NCBI GenBank assembly: GCA_000092065.1
Contig: CP000584.1
Source of the DNA: Ostreococcus lucimarinus
Lineage: Eukaryota
Direction: 5' to 3' (one strand)
DNA length: 64,000 nucleotides
Each line of letters opens with the position of its first letter. Position 1 is the first letter of the stretch. Below the pieces are notes generated by a model, which did not search any database, was not told the DNA's origin, and was given only the letters and a program-made list of their open reading frames with translations. The translations under genes were made by a program, and so were the position numbers. Shown piece after piece: positions 63,326-64,000 of the stretch.

Positions 63326-64000
63326 CTACTGATGGCTCGAGGACGTCGACGCGGCGAGCTCGAGCGCAGAGATGCGCTGCGCTTGGGAGTCTAACATCGC
63401 ACGGAGGTGCTGGATGCGGTCGCGGAGCTCGTCGCACTCCTCCTCGCGCTCGCCGATGACTTCGAGCGCGGCGGCGTAACGCTTCTCCAGCGCGGCGGAG
63501 ACGCCGACGGCGGCGCCGCCGTCGGCGAGCTGCTCGCTCTTCACGAGCTCGTTCGCGAGCGAGTCGCGCGTTTGTTCTAACTTTTTGATCTGGTCGTGCG
63601 CGATGTGAAGGTCGGTGTCTCGCGCGGCGAGTTGGCTCTTGAGCGCGGCTAAAGTATCGCGCACGGCAAGACTCAAGCCGGCTTCGCCGCCGGTGAGCAT
63701 GGGTGCAGGCGCGGCTTTCGCCGAGTTTTCGCTCGCGCGATCGCCATCATATTTGCTTTGTAAAGAATCCACCTCATCGCGCGCGAGTTTCAAGTCGCTC
63801 TCCAGCTTGGCCGTAGCTGCGAGCATTTCGGCGCGTTCTCGATCCCACGTCTCGCCGAGCTGCTTATGCTTACCACGCTCTTGTGCGAGCAATTGCTTCA
63901 CCTTAGACTCGCGTTCGCGAGCCTCTTCTTCCACCACGGAGAGTCGACCCTCTTGTTCCGCGAAAGATTCACTAAATTTGGCCGATTTGACTGCCTCCGC
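63326..64000 (-). CDS. TMF / golgin-candidate-5-like coiled-coil protein, C-terminal part; the gene continues beyond the right edge
   Basis: The C-terminal LEKRYAAALEVIGEREEECDELRDRIQHLRAMLDSQ fits the TMF_TATA_bd pattern (..ALELLGEK.ERVEEL..D..D.K.MY..Q). The track 'M' at 63937 is GTG, and the frame stays open to position 64000 (..AEAVKSAKFSESFAEQEGRLSV). Confidence 0.55.
   Translation of the reverse strand, partial: AEAVKSAKFSESFAEQEGRLSVVEEEARERESKVKQLLAQERGKHKQLGETWDRERAEMLAATAKLESDLKLARDEVDSLQSKYDGDRASENSAKAAPAPMLTGGEAGLSLAVRDTLAALKSQLAARDTDLHIAHDQIKKLEQTRDSLANELVKSEQLADGGAAVGVSAALEKRYAAALEVIGEREEECDELRDRIQHLRAMLDSQAQRISALELAASTSSSHQ

Noticed and set aside
1-64000. tRNA, rRNA, mobile elements and prokaryotic-style operons or defence systems.
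   Set aside because: I found no cloverleaf-compatible T-arm (GTTCGAATC-type with a paired stem) in the spacers I read. I recognised no rDNA-like sequence, transposase, integrase or reverse-transcriptase ORF, and no terminal inverted repeats. Gene structure is eukaryotic throughout. I cannot exclude small ncRNAs without covariance-model scans.

Overview
This window is eukaryotic nuclear DNA, not a prokaryotic locus. It is very GC-rich (about two-thirds G+C by eye), with short AT-rich islands at gene boundaries and in a few introns. It is extremely gene-dense: I can support about 36 protein-coding genes on both strands in 64 kb, with spacers of roughly 7-450 bp. At least 12 short spliceosomal introns carry very stereotyped signals: a GTRCGY donor, an ACTGAC branch box 13-36 nt upstream, and a YAG/AAG acceptor. 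Recognisable genes include exportin-5/HASTY, an FG nucleoporin, CTR9, CNOT9, RED, RPS3, ALG9, PIG-N, an apyrase, a class I fumarase, an ORC1/CDC6-family initiator and a claspin/Mrc1-like protein. There are also plastid-type HisIE, TadA, ACT-repeat and MATE proteins with Arg/Ala/Thr-rich N-terminal extensions. Content, composition and compaction fit a Mamiellophyceae picoalga (Micromonas-like); that is inference, since no search was run. I could not support any rRNA, tRNA, CRISPR array or transposon. Much of the supplied ORF track is antisense or out-of-frame shadow ORFs (Arg/Ala/Ser/Pro-rich) caused by the GC bias. Many track 'M' starts are GTG/TTG codons, so I moved starts to in-frame ATGs. 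The most interesting items are: (1) an ORC1/CDC6-family initiator whose N-terminus carries two methyl-CpG-binding-domain-like modules and an AT-hook; (2) directly upstream of it, an acidic protein ending in an MCM3-type winged helix, plus an AAATTCAAA/GC-core promoter motif shared with the claspin-like gene; (3) a 27-residue ankyrin-like repeat family encoded by an 81-bp tandem array; (4) a rigid, yeast-like intron grammar, with two 48-54 nt mini-introns and one 480-nt AT-rich intron as outliers; (5) same-strand genes separated by only 7-116 nt and convergent genes 54-106 nt apart. All family calls come from motif recognition by eye and need HMM/BLAST confirmation.
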